Virus record (IMG/VR): IMGVR_UViG_3300021962_000025
Span: 32,001-96,000 of that record
DNA: 64,000 nt
Direction: 5' to 3' (one strand)
Source of the DNA: a virus
Part shown: in pieces, positions 9,950 through 20,610 of the stretch
Numbering within the stretch: the stretch's first letter is position 1
Layout: each line of letters opens with the position of its first letter
The notes under the pieces: model-generated
The model's database searches: none
What the model saw: the letters and a program-made list of their open reading frames with translations, nothing else
What the model was told of the DNA's origin: nothing
Translations under genes and position numbers: made by a program

Positions 9950-11179
9950 ATGAGCAAAAAATCCATTTTAGAACAAGCATTGCTTCAGGTACAAGATCTT
10001 GAAGAGGCAGTAAAAGCAAACGCAAAAGGTATACTTGCTTCAACTATGAAGGAAGAACTAAACGAAGTGCTAAAAGAATCGATGGAAGAAGAGGATGTAA
10101 ATCCTACAACAGAAGACGAACATGATATGCCAGTCTCCGAACAGTTTGACGACGAGGAGGAAGGAAATGACGATGAAGCTTCAATAAACGACGAGCCAGC
10201 GGACGATGTCGATCCTGATTTAGAAGGAGGTGACGAAGAATTAGACGCTACTGATGATGAATCTGCAGATGATGCGGATTTTGACTTTGGTGGTGAAGAT
10301 TCAGATCTACCTTCTGACGAAGATGACGACGAAGTTCTAGATATGACAGACGCTTCTGACGAAGAAGTTCTTAAGGTATTTAAATCTATGAAACCTGAGG
10401 ACGGAATTGTTGTGAAGAAGGATGGAAATAACGTTGAGCTTGAAGACGGTGACGACGAATACATTATCAAGTTAGATGACGAAGAAAGTGAAATTGCCGA
10501 AGGTGACTACAACGAAGAAGAGGACTGCCAAGAATGTGGCGACTCTATGGAAGAAGAAGTTACAGAAGGTGATGAAACTATCTACGAAATCGACTTAGGT
10601 GATGACGACGAATCTGAAGAAGTTTCTGAGGAGGTATCAGAGGAGGAATCCGAAGAAGTCTCTGAAGAGGATGCTTCTCATGAGGAGGAAGTAGATGAAG
10701 CGGCAAGAACAAAATCTAACGTACACGGAAACAAAGGTGGTGCTGACAGAGCGGGTATTGATTCTAAGAAGAAATACGCGGCTGGTGCTATTAACGAAGA
10801 AGTTGAAACTTTAAAGAAACAAAACGCAGAATACAAGAAAGCGTTAGTATTATTTAAAGACAAACTTAACGAAGTAGCAGTATTCAACGCTAACTTGGCT
10901 TACGCTACAAGATTGTTCACTGAACACACTACGACTCGTCAAGAGAAGTTAAACATTTTGAAGAGATTTGACGCAGTTACGTCATTAACAGAATCTAAGA
11001 GTACATACAAAACCATTAGTGGTGAGTTAAACACTAAGACTACTGTTACTGAGTCTGTAGTTGATAGAATTTCTTCAACCCCGACTACATCTTCATCTAA
11101 AGAGGTACTTTCTGAAACAAAAGCGTATGAAAGCCCTCAGTTCAAGAGAATGAAAGATTTAATGTCAAAATTAAAATAA
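9950..11179 (+). CDS. gp22: Prohead core scaffold protein (T4 gp22-like)
   Basis: Extremely acidic with a coiled-coil C-terminus and many (I/L/V)xE sites; lies between protease and major capsid; TATTTATA box at 9924-9931. Confidence 0.75.
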   Translation: MSKKSILEQALLQVQDLEEAVKANAKGILASTMKEELNEVLKESMEEEDVNPTTEDEHDMPVSEQFDDEEEGNDDEASINDEPADDVDPDLEGGDEELDATDDESADDADFDFGGEDSDLPSDEDDDEVLDMTDASDEEVLKVFKSMKPEDGIVVKKDGNNVELEDGDDEYIIKLDDEESEIAEGDYNEEEDCQECGDSMEEEVTEGDETIYEIDLGDDDESEEVSEEVSEEESEEVSEEDASHEEEVDEAARTKSNVHGNKGGADRAGIDSKKKYAAGAINEEVETLKKQNAEYKKALVLFKDKLNEVAVFNANLAYATRLFTEHTTTRQEKLNILKRFDAVTSLTESKSTYKTISGELNTKTTVTESVVDRISSTPTTSSSKEVLSETKAYESPQFKRMKDLMSKLK

Positions 11180-11212
11180 TAATAAAATAAAAAAAATTAA
11201 TACCTAATTAAA

Positions 11213-12913
11213 ATGGGAGCATTATTAGAAAGTGGTATGGTTGGTAACATCGGTCTTAAGCACCTTAGAGTTATCAAAGAAGATACCATCAACAAGTGGG
11301 ATAACCTCGGGTTCTTAGAAGGACTTGAAGGTCATCAAAAAGACAATATCGCACAATTATATGAGAACCAAGCTTCTTATTTGATCAACGAGGCAGCAGT
11401 TTCTGATTCATCAGGATCTTTCGAAACAGTTGTTTTCCCAATCATCAGAAGAGTATTCTCTAAATTGTTAGCGAATGACATCGTATCTGTACAAGCAATG
11501 AACTTACCTATCGGTAAATTGTTCTACTTTGTACCTAAAATTCAGGACAGAAACGCTAACGGAACACACAACTCACCTTACGGAATGCCATCAAACACTG
11601 ACTTGGCTGACAAAGGTTACTCTGGTAGAAACTTATATGACAGATTCTATGAGGAGGGTGATGCGGCATCTGACGGTTTATTCGATTACTCTAAAGGAGA
11701 CTCTACTGAAGTATCCTTAGTGGGTGATTCGTTTGTAACCTTCGATAACGGAGCTATCACAACTTCAACTGCAGCTTTAACATCTGACGTTGCATCTGTT
11801 ATCTTAAAGGCCACAGGTTTCTCTAAACTTGGTCAAGGTAAAATCGTTGGTCCTAATGGTAACGAAATGGACTCAGAAGAGTTCTTGGCTTCTTTAGAAG
11901 TTAATCAAGGTTCAACATCTTTACCTTTCAACATCGTAACTCAGAAGTACGGTAAAGGTATCGTTGAGTACGGTAGTAAAGCAACAGGTCTTACTGGTAA
12001 ATTCCAAGACATCTGTGATGAAGAAGGTTCTATCTATTTAAATGTAGATTTACAAACCTATTCTGCATCTTCAGGTTTCTCTGATGGTGGTAATGGTTTA
12101 GCACCTTCAGGTCTTACTTTAACCTACAGACAGTACGCTTCACTTGAGTTTGAAGATGCTATCGGTGAAGTTTCTTTCGAGTTAGAGTCAGTAACTGTTT
12201 CTGTAACTGAAAGAAAATTAAGAGCTAGCTGGTCTCCTGAATTGGCTCAAGACGTATCTGCATTCCACAACATCGATGCTGAAGCTGAGTTAACTGCATT
12301 GTTATCTGAGCAAATCGCTGCTGAGGTTGACAGAGAGATCTTAAGAGACTTAAGAAAAGGTGCCGCTTGGAACTTGAAGTGGGATTACAATGAGTGGAAG
12401 TACGGTGGAACCGCTGGTGCTACTTTACAAGGTTATACTCAAAAGGATTGGAACCAAACGTTGATCACTAAGATTAACCAATTATCGGCTCAAATCCATA
12501 AAACTACACTTAGAGGTGGTGCTAACTGGATCGTTGTTTCTTCAGAAGTTTCTGCAGTATTCGATGACTTAGAGTACTTCCACGTATCTAACGCAGGTGC
12601 TGAGCAAGATCAATACAACATGGGTATTGAGAAAGTTGGTACTTTAGCTGGTAGATATCAAGTGTATAGAGATCCTTACTTCCCTGCAGGTAAGATCTTA
12701 GTAGGTCACAAAGGTAAATCTTTATTGGACGCTGGTTACATCTACGCTCCATATGTACCTTTACAGTTGACTCCTACTATGTATAACCCATTCAACTTTA
12801 CACCAATCAAAGGTATCATGACCAGATACGCTAAGAAGATGGTCAACAACAGATACTTCGGTGTAATCAACGTAAGTGGTTTACAAACATTCAGCTTGGA
12901 TACTTTAAGATAA
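11213..12913 (+). CDS. gp23: Major capsid protein (T4 gp23-like)
   Basis: KWDNLGFLEGL, IIRRVFSKLLANDIVSVQAM, RKLRASWSPELAQD, AELTALLSEQIAAEVDREI, DAGYIYAPYVPL and GIMTRYA motifs. Confidence 0.97.
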   Translation: MGALLESGMVGNIGLKHLRVIKEDTINKWDNLGFLEGLEGHQKDNIAQLYENQASYLINEAAVSDSSGSFETVVFPIIRRVFSKLLANDIVSVQAMNLPIGKLFYFVPKIQDRNANGTHNSPYGMPSNTDLADKGYSGRNLYDRFYEEGDAASDGLFDYSKGDSTEVSLVGDSFVTFDNGAITTSTAALTSDVASVILKATGFSKLGQGKIVGPNGNEMDSEEFLASLEVNQGSTSLPFNIVTQKYGKGIVEYGSKATGLTGKFQDICDEEGSIYLNVDLQTYSASSGFSDGGNGLAPSGLTLTYRQYASLEFEDAIGEVSFELESVTVSVTERKLRASWSPELAQDVSAFHNIDAEAELTALLSEQIAAEVDREILRDLRKGAAWNLKWDYNEWKYGGTAGATLQGYTQKDWNQTLITKINQLSAQIHKTTLRGGANWIVVSSEVSAVFDDLEYFHVSNAGAEQDQYNMGIEKVGTLAGRYQVYRDPYFPAGKILVGHKGKSLLDAGYIYAPYVPLQLTPTMYNPFNFTPIKGIMTRYAKKMVNNRYFGVINVSGLQTFSLDTLR

Positions 12914-12939
12914 TCTTAAAAGATTCATTTTACACAACT

Positions 12940-12966
12940 AAAGGGGGACATTGTCCCCCTTTTTTT
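12940..12966 (+). terminator. Rho-independent terminator after major capsid gene
   Basis: AAAGGGGGAC-ATT-GTCCCCCTTT followed by a T run. Confidence 0.9.
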
Positions 12967-12994
12967 ATTCCTATTTTTTACGTATATTTTAGAT

Positions 12995-13435
12995 ATGAAT
13001 TGGACAGAATATTTTATTAGAATAGCCGAACAAGTAAAAGAGAAATCGAAAGATATTAATACACAGATAGGTGCGGTGATCGTTGGAAAAGACAAAGAAA
13101 TATTGACCACAGGATATAATTCATTTCCTAGAGGTTTAAATGACGAATTACCTGAAAGACAAGAAAGACCCGAGAAATACTTTTGGTTTGAACATGCGGA
13201 AAGAAATGCAATTTACAATGCCGCACGTATTGGGGTATCGTTAAAAGAATCCACAGTTTATTTAACTTCGGGTTTACCATGTATGGATTGTGCTCGTGGA
13301 TTGATACAAGCGGGCATAAAAAAAGTGGTATGTAAACAAAACTGTACCACTAAGAATAAAGATAAATGGTTAGAACAACAAGAGAGATCTCTTATTTTGT
13401 TTTCTGAGTGTGGGGTAGAAGTCGAGTTTTATTAA
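12995..13435 (+). CDS. dCMP deaminase-family protein
   Basis: HAERNAI and PCMDCAR zinc motifs; IGAVIV...TTGYNSFPRG. Confidence 0.9.
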   Translation: MNWTEYFIRIAEQVKEKSKDINTQIGAVIVGKDKEILTTGYNSFPRGLNDELPERQERPEKYFWFEHAERNAIYNAARIGVSLKESTVYLTSGLPCMDCARGLIQAGIKKVVCKQNCTTKNKDKWLEQQERSLILFSECGVEVEFY

Positions 13436-13703
13436 GTTTTCTAACTTTAACTTTTAATTCTCCCGTACCTTTTAAGATTCTATGATATTCTCCTTCAGGT
13501 ATAAAGATGGTTAGGCCCTCGTGTATATCAATAGGGAGGGAATTGTCCATTTGAAATTTCCAATCGGTGTCATGAAGAAATGTGATCTCCCTATCTTCAT
13601 TATCGAAATGCCACTTTAATTCACTTTCTTTTAAATCTGAGGAAAATACCCTAACACTGTGTGTGGAGTTCAAAATTTCTCTAAAGGGTAATTCGTCTTT
13701 CAT
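13392..13703 (-). CDS. Small cupin-like protein
   Basis: ELKWHFDNEDR...WKFQ...IFIPEGEYHRILKG resembles the two cupin motifs; overlaps the deaminase 3' end by 44 nt. Confidence 0.55.
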   Translation of the reverse strand: MKDELPFREILNSTHSVRVFSSDLKESELKWHFDNEDREITFLHDTDWKFQMDNSLPIDIHEGLTIFIPEGEYHRILKGTGELKVKVRKLNKTRLLPHTQKTK

Positions 13704-14206
13704 TTTTTCGGTGACATAATCATATTCATTATTGCCCTGTGACCGTCCTTATCGTATTCCGATAACTCTTTTAACGATTTCCTATTTAACAGTAAGATTT
13801 TATCACCATTTTCATATTCATCAAAACTATCAGTTATGTTACCCTCTTTAAACATTATTGTGGCAAAAACTTCGTAACTGTCTGAGGTTAATTCTGCATT
13901 ATCCTCATCAAATTCATCATAACTATAGTGACCATCTTCATCCTCATCAGAATATGAATAATAATCTGATTGGTAGTATTCATCTGGCACCATATCTTTA
14001 TGGAAAACATATCCCTTGTTTGTGTTGGGGTCCATAACTAATATATAATCTGACCCCTCCTTGGATTTGTAATCGTACTTATCGTACGCAATAAATTTCA
14101 TGGTAGGTTTTACCCCATCTAAAGAATCATCTCTAAAACCACCTCTAGATGGTTCATCGTATTCAGGGGGGTCGTTCCAACCCTCTAAAAGGTCTAATAG
14201 TTTCAT
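13700..14206 (-). CDS. Hypothetical acidic, Tyr/Asp-rich protein
   Basis: 168-aa ORF coupled to both neighbours; starts MKLLDLLE. Confidence 0.65.
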   Translation of the reverse strand: MKLLDLLEGWNDPPEYDEPSRGGFRDDSLDGVKPTMKFIAYDKYDYKSKEGSDYILVMDPNTNKGYVFHKDMVPDEYYQSDYYSYSDEDEDGHYSYDEFDEDNAELTSDSYEVFATIMFKEGNITDSFDEYENGDKILLLNRKSLKELSEYDKDGHRAIMNMIMSPKK

Positions 14207-14207
14207 A

Positions 14208-15194
14208 TTACCAAGGATTCGAAGATTTGATACCCAACGCCTTTCTGTATCTTGAAATGTTACAACTCCAATATCCTGCCTTGGTACGGTCTTTTTTATC
14301 TTTACAATTGTGTCTCGCCCTAAACGATTTGGCCGCGGCTTTATTGTTATTTCTTACTCTTAGGTTGGGATCACCAAAAGTCACTTTCTTGATATTACCA
14401 CTTGGGGACTTTACATAGACCGCAAATTTCTTAGGTCCACCCGGTGTTCTAAACGGTTTATTTAATTTGACATTTCTACCTCTATGTTTAGCTTCAACTA
14501 AATATTCTTCTTCACCCTCCACAAAAGGTATATCTAAATAAACTTCGACACCTTCATACATACCTGTAACACCTAAATCAGTTTGGATTAGATCTAAGTC
14601 CACTCCGGTGACTTCTAAGACGTTTTCTTCATGTAATCGACGTACTTCATTATATAAGTTAAAAAACTCCTCAGAATAGATCCTATAGACGTTCTCAACG
14701 ATAGGAAGTTTCTTATTTAGGTGGTATTGTATACCCTCACTTAGAGTGATTGAGGATTCAGTAATATTTTTAAGTGTTGGATATCCTTTTGGTAGGGATT
14801 GAACGTCTAAATTGTTCAATACTAAATTTATAACTCTACCTTCATCAAATCTTGTAAATGTTGGGGTATTTCCTTTACCCGTTTTTGGATCTTTTTTCTC
14901 CGCTCGTCTTTTCTGCGATGTCATTGATTTTTTTTCTTTTTTATCATATGAAGACGCAACTTTAGGGGTTTTCTTAGATACTTTTTTGGATGGTCTACAT
15001 TTTGGATAACCTTTTCTTGATCCATCTCCGTCTGCATCCTTTCTACCACATGGAGGGTGTTTGCCATCTATTTTTCTAGATACATCAACCCATTTCTCTT
15101 TGAACCAACGGCCAAGATCTTCTTGGAGAACCTCACCATTGGCAAGACACTCCTCAATGTATTTCTTATCTTCTTCGTTGATTATTATTTTCAT
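14208..15194 (-). CDS. Hypothetical multi-module basic protein
   Basis: 328 aa with two Lys/Arg-rich Cys-containing modules (RWFKEKWVD...CGR...YPKCRP; KPFRTPGGPKKFAVYV...SFRARHNC) separated by xxE-bearing segments. Confidence 0.7.
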   Translation of the reverse strand: MKIIINEEDKKYIEECLANGEVLQEDLGRWFKEKWVDVSRKIDGKHPPCGRKDADGDGSRKGYPKCRPSKKVSKKTPKVASSYDKKEKKSMTSQKRRAEKKDPKTGKGNTPTFTRFDEGRVINLVLNNLDVQSLPKGYPTLKNITESSITLSEGIQYHLNKKLPIVENVYRIYSEEFFNLYNEVRRLHEENVLEVTGVDLDLIQTDLGVTGMYEGVEVYLDIPFVEGEEEYLVEAKHRGRNVKLNKPFRTPGGPKKFAVYVKSPSGNIKKVTFGDPNLRVRNNNKAAAKSFRARHNCKDKKDRTKAGYWSCNISRYRKALGIKSSNPW

Positions 15195-15625
15195 TACTTT
15201 TTCTTTTTACAATAAGAACCTGAACATCTCTTCTTACCATCTAAACCAGGCATGGTTCCTTTACAAACTTGGACCGCATACCCATTGGCATATGCGGATG
15301 GGTAAACGTCAAACTTAGATTTTGCTGCGGATATGCCACGAGAACATAATTTGTTCTTATTTTTCTTTTCTTCGTTGATTGCTTCTTTGGTTTCATTCAT
15401 GAAGAAATCTAATACTTGATCAATGTTTTCTTTCGCCACCGTTACGTGATCGTCCGCCCAATCATGACCATTTTGTAAAATTTCTTCTATGATCATTGGG
15501 TCTAACTCTAATAACATTTCACACTGCCTCTTTATTTGTTGTAAATTACTAAAGAACATGTAATTTTCTGTTCTTTCTTCCTTTAAAGAGGATAAATGTT
15601 TTTTTATAATTTCCTTCAAGTCCAT
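15194..15625 (-). CDS. Hypothetical protein with C-terminal Cys/Lys module
   Basis: Start set at MDLKEIIK (15625), 3 nt below a TACTTATA box variant; C-terminus LCSRGISAAKSKFDVYPSAYANGYAVQVCKG. Confidence 0.65.
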   Translation of the reverse strand: MDLKEIIKKHLSSLKEERTENYMFFSNLQQIKRQCEMLLELDPMIIEEILQNGHDWADDHVTVAKENIDQVLDFFMNETKEAINEEKKNKNKLCSRGISAAKSKFDVYPSAYANGYAVQVCKGTMPGLDGKKRCSGSYCKKKK

Positions 15626-15638
15626 ATCTATAAGTATT

Positions 15639-17009
15639 TTATTTTTCCGAGACAATCTCAAATTTTATGACGTTTGGATAATCAAACTCTTCGTTGTGTT
15701 TGATACCCTTTATTTCGATAAAATATTCTCTTGGTATAAGGATAGACGTATCTAACATGAAACTATTTTCATTTGTTACATCTAAGTATGTCCAATCGAA
15801 TACGTTTACATTTGTGTGACCTTCTTTAATATAAATCCTGTAGAATACCTCATCAAATATTTCATTTGTTGACTTAGAAATTGTCCTAAAAATTGCGGTT
15901 ATCTTTCTTGTCTCTCCTGATTTAATTTTTTCGTTTTGTTTTATACCCGAGAATTGGACCACATATTTATTAGTCTCCTTCTGATTCTCACCTATTGTAA
16001 ATTTTGAAGAGTAAGGTTTAGGGACAAATTTTTGTGTAATATCGGGGAATGTCGTACCCTCCACGTTTATACCTTTCCACACATCATAGAAAAATCTTTT
16101 TCCGTCACACACCAAACCGTTAATACCAAAAGTTACTCTATACACCCCTTTTCTCACCTTTTCCACTGATAGGTCAGTTAAACCACTAATTGGAGTTTGA
16201 GTGGAATCTAAGATGTCCACTGTTGGTAAGTCATCTAAATCAAAGAAGTTGGTGTCCTTGTTGACATATAAGAATAAGTTCTGATTGGTTTTTTCGATAA
16301 AATTTTCCCTGTCGTCAACTATCCTATCATTAAATATTGTTTCTAAAAATGGTTCGAAAAAAGTTTGGGTGTACTTACTGAAGAAAGCAACCGACTGATC
16401 AACTTCTGAAGTTAGATCTTGATAAAGTGGGTCAAATGCAACACCAATACCATAATCAGTTTCTCCATTCAAGATACTGTTAATGTAGGATGTTATATCA
16501 ACTTCCAAATCCTCATTACCATTATCGAAATTTTGTGTCCCAATTATAATTGGATTATTTGAATATACCCCTTCTGCGGTCCATGAATCTAATGTGGTTC
16601 TCATAAACCAGTTCGAAGGTCTCACATCAAATGTGTTATTTCCGGTTGTATAATCGTAACCCGAATCTTCGTAATCGAAACCAACACCTTCATCCCAATA
16701 TTGTGGAATTTTAAAAACAACTAATTTGAATGATGTTGTTCTTTCTCTACCACTACCCCTTTTTGCTCCTAAGAATATTTCATCCCCAAAAATGGTGTTA
16801 GTCATGTGAAGGACGTGTTTTGTATCTGAATTTAAAACATAAGTACCGTTTTCAATACTTGATTTTAAATCAGTTAAATCTATCTTACAAAGAAATTTGG
16901 AAAAACCCGAACCATAGAAGATCTCGGTCGAGGGGTTTTTTGCGGTATTAACCTTCAACCCCTTGATTATCGTGTTGTTTTTCTCGAAATATGAACGAAA
17001 ATATGACAT
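15639..17009 (-). CDS. Putative structural protein (beta-rich)
   Basis: 456-aa ORF preceded by a TATTTATT box (17035-17028). Confidence 0.55.
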   Translation of the reverse strand: MSYFRSYFEKNNTIIKGLKVNTAKNPSTEIFYGSGFSKFLCKIDLTDLKSSIENGTYVLNSDTKHVLHMTNTIFGDEIFLGAKRGSGRERTTSFKLVVFKIPQYWDEGVGFDYEDSGYDYTTGNNTFDVRPSNWFMRTTLDSWTAEGVYSNNPIIIGTQNFDNGNEDLEVDITSYINSILNGETDYGIGVAFDPLYQDLTSEVDQSVAFFSKYTQTFFEPFLETIFNDRIVDDRENFIEKTNQNLFLYVNKDTNFFDLDDLPTVDILDSTQTPISGLTDLSVEKVRKGVYRVTFGINGLVCDGKRFFYDVWKGINVEGTTFPDITQKFVPKPYSSKFTIGENQKETNKYVVQFSGIKQNEKIKSGETRKITAIFRTISKSTNEIFDEVFYRIYIKEGHTNVNVFDWTYLDVTNENSFMLDTSILIPREYFIEIKGIKHNEEFDYPNVIKFEIVSEK

Positions 17010-17040
17010 CTTAACTTATCTTTCTTTAATAAATATCTGA

Positions 17041-18513
17041 TTAGTTTATTCTAATCGATTTATTTAGAAGATCGTTCTCGATTGTTTTAAAAACTTCCTG
17101 TAATTCGGAGAGGTTTGGTGTCCCATCAGGCATTGGTTCACCTGGATTGTGTGCGTGTGACCTTATAACTCTATATAGAAGTATTAATGCTTTAACTAAA
17201 TTTTCACCCCTTACAGTTGAGTAAGTATTGGGTTCTATTAAAGTAAGTAGTTCTTCCTGAGTATATTCGTATTTGTTTAACTTATTAAAGGGTACCGATT
17301 TTCCGGCAACTTGATTAGTATCACTAGATAAAAAGTAAATCTTGTCAGATGTTAGGGACCCAAAAGTCTGTTCCATATTCGAAGCAACTGTTACCAATTG
17401 ATTTTCTATTATTTCTTTAGTCACAGGTTTGGGATAATTTTCCGTAGGACTGTAATAAAGTCCTGAACCATTGTTAGACCCTGGATTTGTTGTGGGTTTT
17501 ACTTCTTTTAAAAACGACTTATCAGTTAGTGTACTTACGGGTCTAAAATAAAAAGGGTGTAAGAGAGGACGAGGTAATCTTCTATTTAAAACTTTTAAAC
17601 CTTTTCTATTTATTTTATCTATGGTTGTTCTAATTGTAGTATATGCGTCCTTAAAATTTCTAACAGATTCAGTATGTGTTGGGGTTACATTAGTGCCATC
17701 TAAATTTATTAATTTGATTGAATTTGAATATGATAGTAAATCTTGGGCAGTGGTGGAGGTAAACACTCTGGTATTAAACGTATCCCCATAAACATTTTTT
17801 ACCTCATATACATACCAAAAAAGTATTGAAGGATCGGTCACGTCATCGACATCATACTCTATGATATAATTTAATTTTTTACTTGGTATTGTAGTTACTG
17901 GGGTTTTAAACTCCACATTTTCTTTTTTGGTGCTGAATTTTTTTAGGGAAAGTATTGCCCTTTTTTCGGACATTATTGGAAATGACTGTATATCGTCTTT
18001 TTTTAATGTGTCTTTAACTAAAAACTTACCTCCTCTTAAATTTATTCCATTTTCCGTAAATAAGATGTCGGACCCATATGGTCCGTAGATTGCATAATCT
18101 TTAAATTCTGCGATAGAACCCACAGACTCCTTTTTCTTGTATTGTCCATCACTAAAAATATCGGGAGAAGATTTGACCAGAACCCCATAGGAAGTATTCT
18201 CCACTTGTTGTGAGTTGGTTTGGGAATTAAAGTCATGAATAGTTGTGAATGGTCCTGCAATGTACTCTCTATTAAGGAGATCATTATCGGGATCGTAGTA
18301 TATGATCTTTACTGTCTGACCAACCTCGGGAACAAAATTTATATTAGTTGGTAGGAATGGTAATGCCACAAAAGGATCGTTGTTGTCCCATTTATTATAT
18401 TTAATAGCATTTTCCCTAGTGCTACTAGATTCGCCCATGACTTTGAACCTCACTCTACCAATACCCTTCGGGTCTTGATTTTCGTCAACTATGGCTAGTT
18501 TAATATAACTCAT
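17041..18513 (-). CDS. Baseplate hub/spike protein with gp5-like N-terminal OB fold
   Basis: N-terminal DENQDPKGIGRVRF and FLPTNINFVPEVGQTV resemble the gp5/VgrG OB-fold signature. Confidence 0.6.
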   Translation of the reverse strand: MSYIKLAIVDENQDPKGIGRVRFKVMGESSSTRENAIKYNKWDNNDPFVALPFLPTNINFVPEVGQTVKIIYYDPDNDLLNREYIAGPFTTIHDFNSQTNSQQVENTSYGVLVKSSPDIFSDGQYKKKESVGSIAEFKDYAIYGPYGSDILFTENGINLRGGKFLVKDTLKKDDIQSFPIMSEKRAILSLKKFSTKKENVEFKTPVTTIPSKKLNYIIEYDVDDVTDPSILFWYVYEVKNVYGDTFNTRVFTSTTAQDLLSYSNSIKLINLDGTNVTPTHTESVRNFKDAYTTIRTTIDKINRKGLKVLNRRLPRPLLHPFYFRPVSTLTDKSFLKEVKPTTNPGSNNGSGLYYSPTENYPKPVTKEIIENQLVTVASNMEQTFGSLTSDKIYFLSSDTNQVAGKSVPFNKLNKYEYTQEELLTLIEPNTYSTVRGENLVKALILLYRVIRSHAHNPGEPMPDGTPNLSELQEVFKTIENDLLNKSIRIN

Positions 18514-18713
18514 TTCTTACCGTACCTATTACCTAACTCTTTGTTAATTTTATTATATGATGTCTCCACCGCGTCCAAATATTTAGTCAATTCTAAAATA
18601 CTTGATTTAGTTTTCTCAAACTCGGTAGTTAGAAATTCCATACACTCAGTCAAGTCTTTGTTATTTTTAACTTCGGGATTGTTTACTATGTCTAAAATTT
18701 TATTTGGTTCCAT
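18510..18713 (-). CDS. Hypothetical coiled-coil protein
   Basis: 67-aa ORF coupled within the operon. Confidence 0.6.
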   Translation of the reverse strand: MEPNKILDIVNNPEVKNNKDLTECMEFLTTEFEKTKSSILELTKYLDAVETSYNKINKELGNRYGKK

Positions 18714-18714
18714 C

Positions 18715-20610
18715 TTAGAATACTTTACCCGAACTGTTTAAAATTCCTGGAGGAATAGTTAATGGTCCCGCAGGTGTCGGAATGGTTATTTTTTTATTAC
18801 TAACTTTTACAAATGAGTTTGTATCGCTCTCTTCGGAAATACCCTCAATTACTGACTTCATCATCAACAAATATTTGTTAGGTTCTCCGTATATGGTACC
18901 CGTATTAAGTCCTAATTGGGATGCCCTTTCTGCTGAATTCATGTATGCCCTATCCGCACTATAACCAGGTAATATATCGGCAAAACCTAATATAAAACCA
19001 GGTACATTGATTTTACCACCCGGTAAATTCAGAGCACCTTTAATTGCTCCTATAATTGCTAAAAATATTTCTAAACAACTTTTAAAACCAACGGTCAGTA
19101 ATTTTCTAAGTAAGTCAATTATTGCGGTTAAAATTCTTACAAAATGTTTATACTTATTTTTTAATATTTTCATTCCCACGTTGGCAACAAAATCGAGAAG
19201 ATCTTTCTTAATAAATTTCCAAAATTCAGTCAAGAATTTCCAAAAAACTTCTTTGATAATTGTATGAACCAGTTTATAAAGTTTCTTCATTAATTCCTTT
19301 ATGTCAAGTATAACACCTTTTAGTTGTTTATATGCAACCACTAAAGGATAGAAAACCTTAGGAGATAAAACCGACGAAACCAAAGCTTTAGGAACGTTTA
19401 AAATAAACATATTTAGTAATTCTAAATTTATGTTATCAAACATGTTTTGGTTGTCACTTTGTATTGCGGCATTTAATGCGACCGAGTCCAAAGTATCATC
19501 AACTAAATTTGATAAGTTACCATCTGAGAGAAAAACAAAGTCTTCAAATGAAGTTTGGGGAGAGGGAATTTCAAAATTACCACAGTCCTTGAATCTTAGA
19601 ACTTTTCTATATCTATCATCTTCATCATCTATGTCGATCCCTTCCACATCATCAAAATCAAAGTACGATTGAATGTCGGAATCATTCTCGGAAAATTGTT
19701 GACTGGTGGTTTGTATTAAACCACTATCTTCCATTGGGGATCCGCAAAGTTTAAAAAGTTTGGAACATAGTCTGTTTAAGTATGCCATTGCTTTATCAAA
19801 GGATTCAGGATTCTCACCATCCCCTTGTAACGTCATTAACATGGCGGTTTTAATAATATATTCTATTTTGGGAGTCTCAATACTATCGTAGTAGTCCTCC
19901 ATAAATTCACCAACCTTTACTGCCGCAATACCTTGTTTTAATCCACTCACTTGGTATTCTTGGTTTCCACTATCCCACGATAGTGAAAATAGGTTTTTAC
20001 CTGATTTACTACTAAATGTGTAGTTATTAGAGAAAGCATTATAGAGTTCTCTATTCATTTTAATATCTCCAGATGAGGGACTCTCCTCCTCATACATTAT
20101 CATACCGATAGATGATGAAGGGTCATTTTGTAAAACGTTTAAGAAGTCAAATTCTTTTGGAGAGATAGTCATACTATCTTGTGGCATCTCAGTATCTACA
20201 CCACAAATACTTGAATCTGAATCAACGAATAAGACTTTTTTTACACTTTCTTTTACAATGTTTTTAGAATCTTTTACAGTTATCGATGCCGACTCTAAAG
20301 CGTATTTTTTTAATTTTCTACCCGATAATAATTTTTCATTATCGTTTAATTGTATCTTATTTGATCTAGTGGTTAAAAAATCGTTAGCGATATCAATTAT
20401 GGAACCAAAAATATCTTCCTTATTATCTTTTTTTCTTTTGAGTTTACTCTTTAACCCCTCTATAGAATCTGATATTTTCTTATCTATCTCAGCGTCTTTA
20501 AGGTATAGGTCATAGAGGTTGTCAGAAGCCTTTGACGGATCGTCATTAATCTTCTTAACAATTTCAAGTTTTGACTTGATCTCACCTCTTAACTTTTTAA
20601 CCTTACTCAT
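18715..20610 (-). CDS. Hypothetical protein (probably structural)
   Basis: 631-aa ORF in a late-box operon upstream of the gp5-like gene. Confidence 0.7.
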   Translation of the reverse strand: MSKVKKLRGEIKSKLEIVKKINDDPSKASDNLYDLYLKDAEIDKKISDSIEGLKSKLKRKKDNKEDIFGSIIDIANDFLTTRSNKIQLNDNEKLLSGRKLKKYALESASITVKDSKNIVKESVKKVLFVDSDSSICGVDTEMPQDSMTISPKEFDFLNVLQNDPSSSIGMIMYEEESPSSGDIKMNRELYNAFSNNYTFSSKSGKNLFSLSWDSGNQEYQVSGLKQGIAAVKVGEFMEDYYDSIETPKIEYIIKTAMLMTLQGDGENPESFDKAMAYLNRLCSKLFKLCGSPMEDSGLIQTTSQQFSENDSDIQSYFDFDDVEGIDIDDEDDRYRKVLRFKDCGNFEIPSPQTSFEDFVFLSDGNLSNLVDDTLDSVALNAAIQSDNQNMFDNINLELLNMFILNVPKALVSSVLSPKVFYPLVVAYKQLKGVILDIKELMKKLYKLVHTIIKEVFWKFLTEFWKFIKKDLLDFVANVGMKILKNKYKHFVRILTAIIDLLRKLLTVGFKSCLEIFLAIIGAIKGALNLPGGKINVPGFILGFADILPGYSADRAYMNSAERASQLGLNTGTIYGEPNKYLLMMKSVIEGISEESDTNSFVKVSNKKITIPTPAGPLTIPPGILNSSGKVF

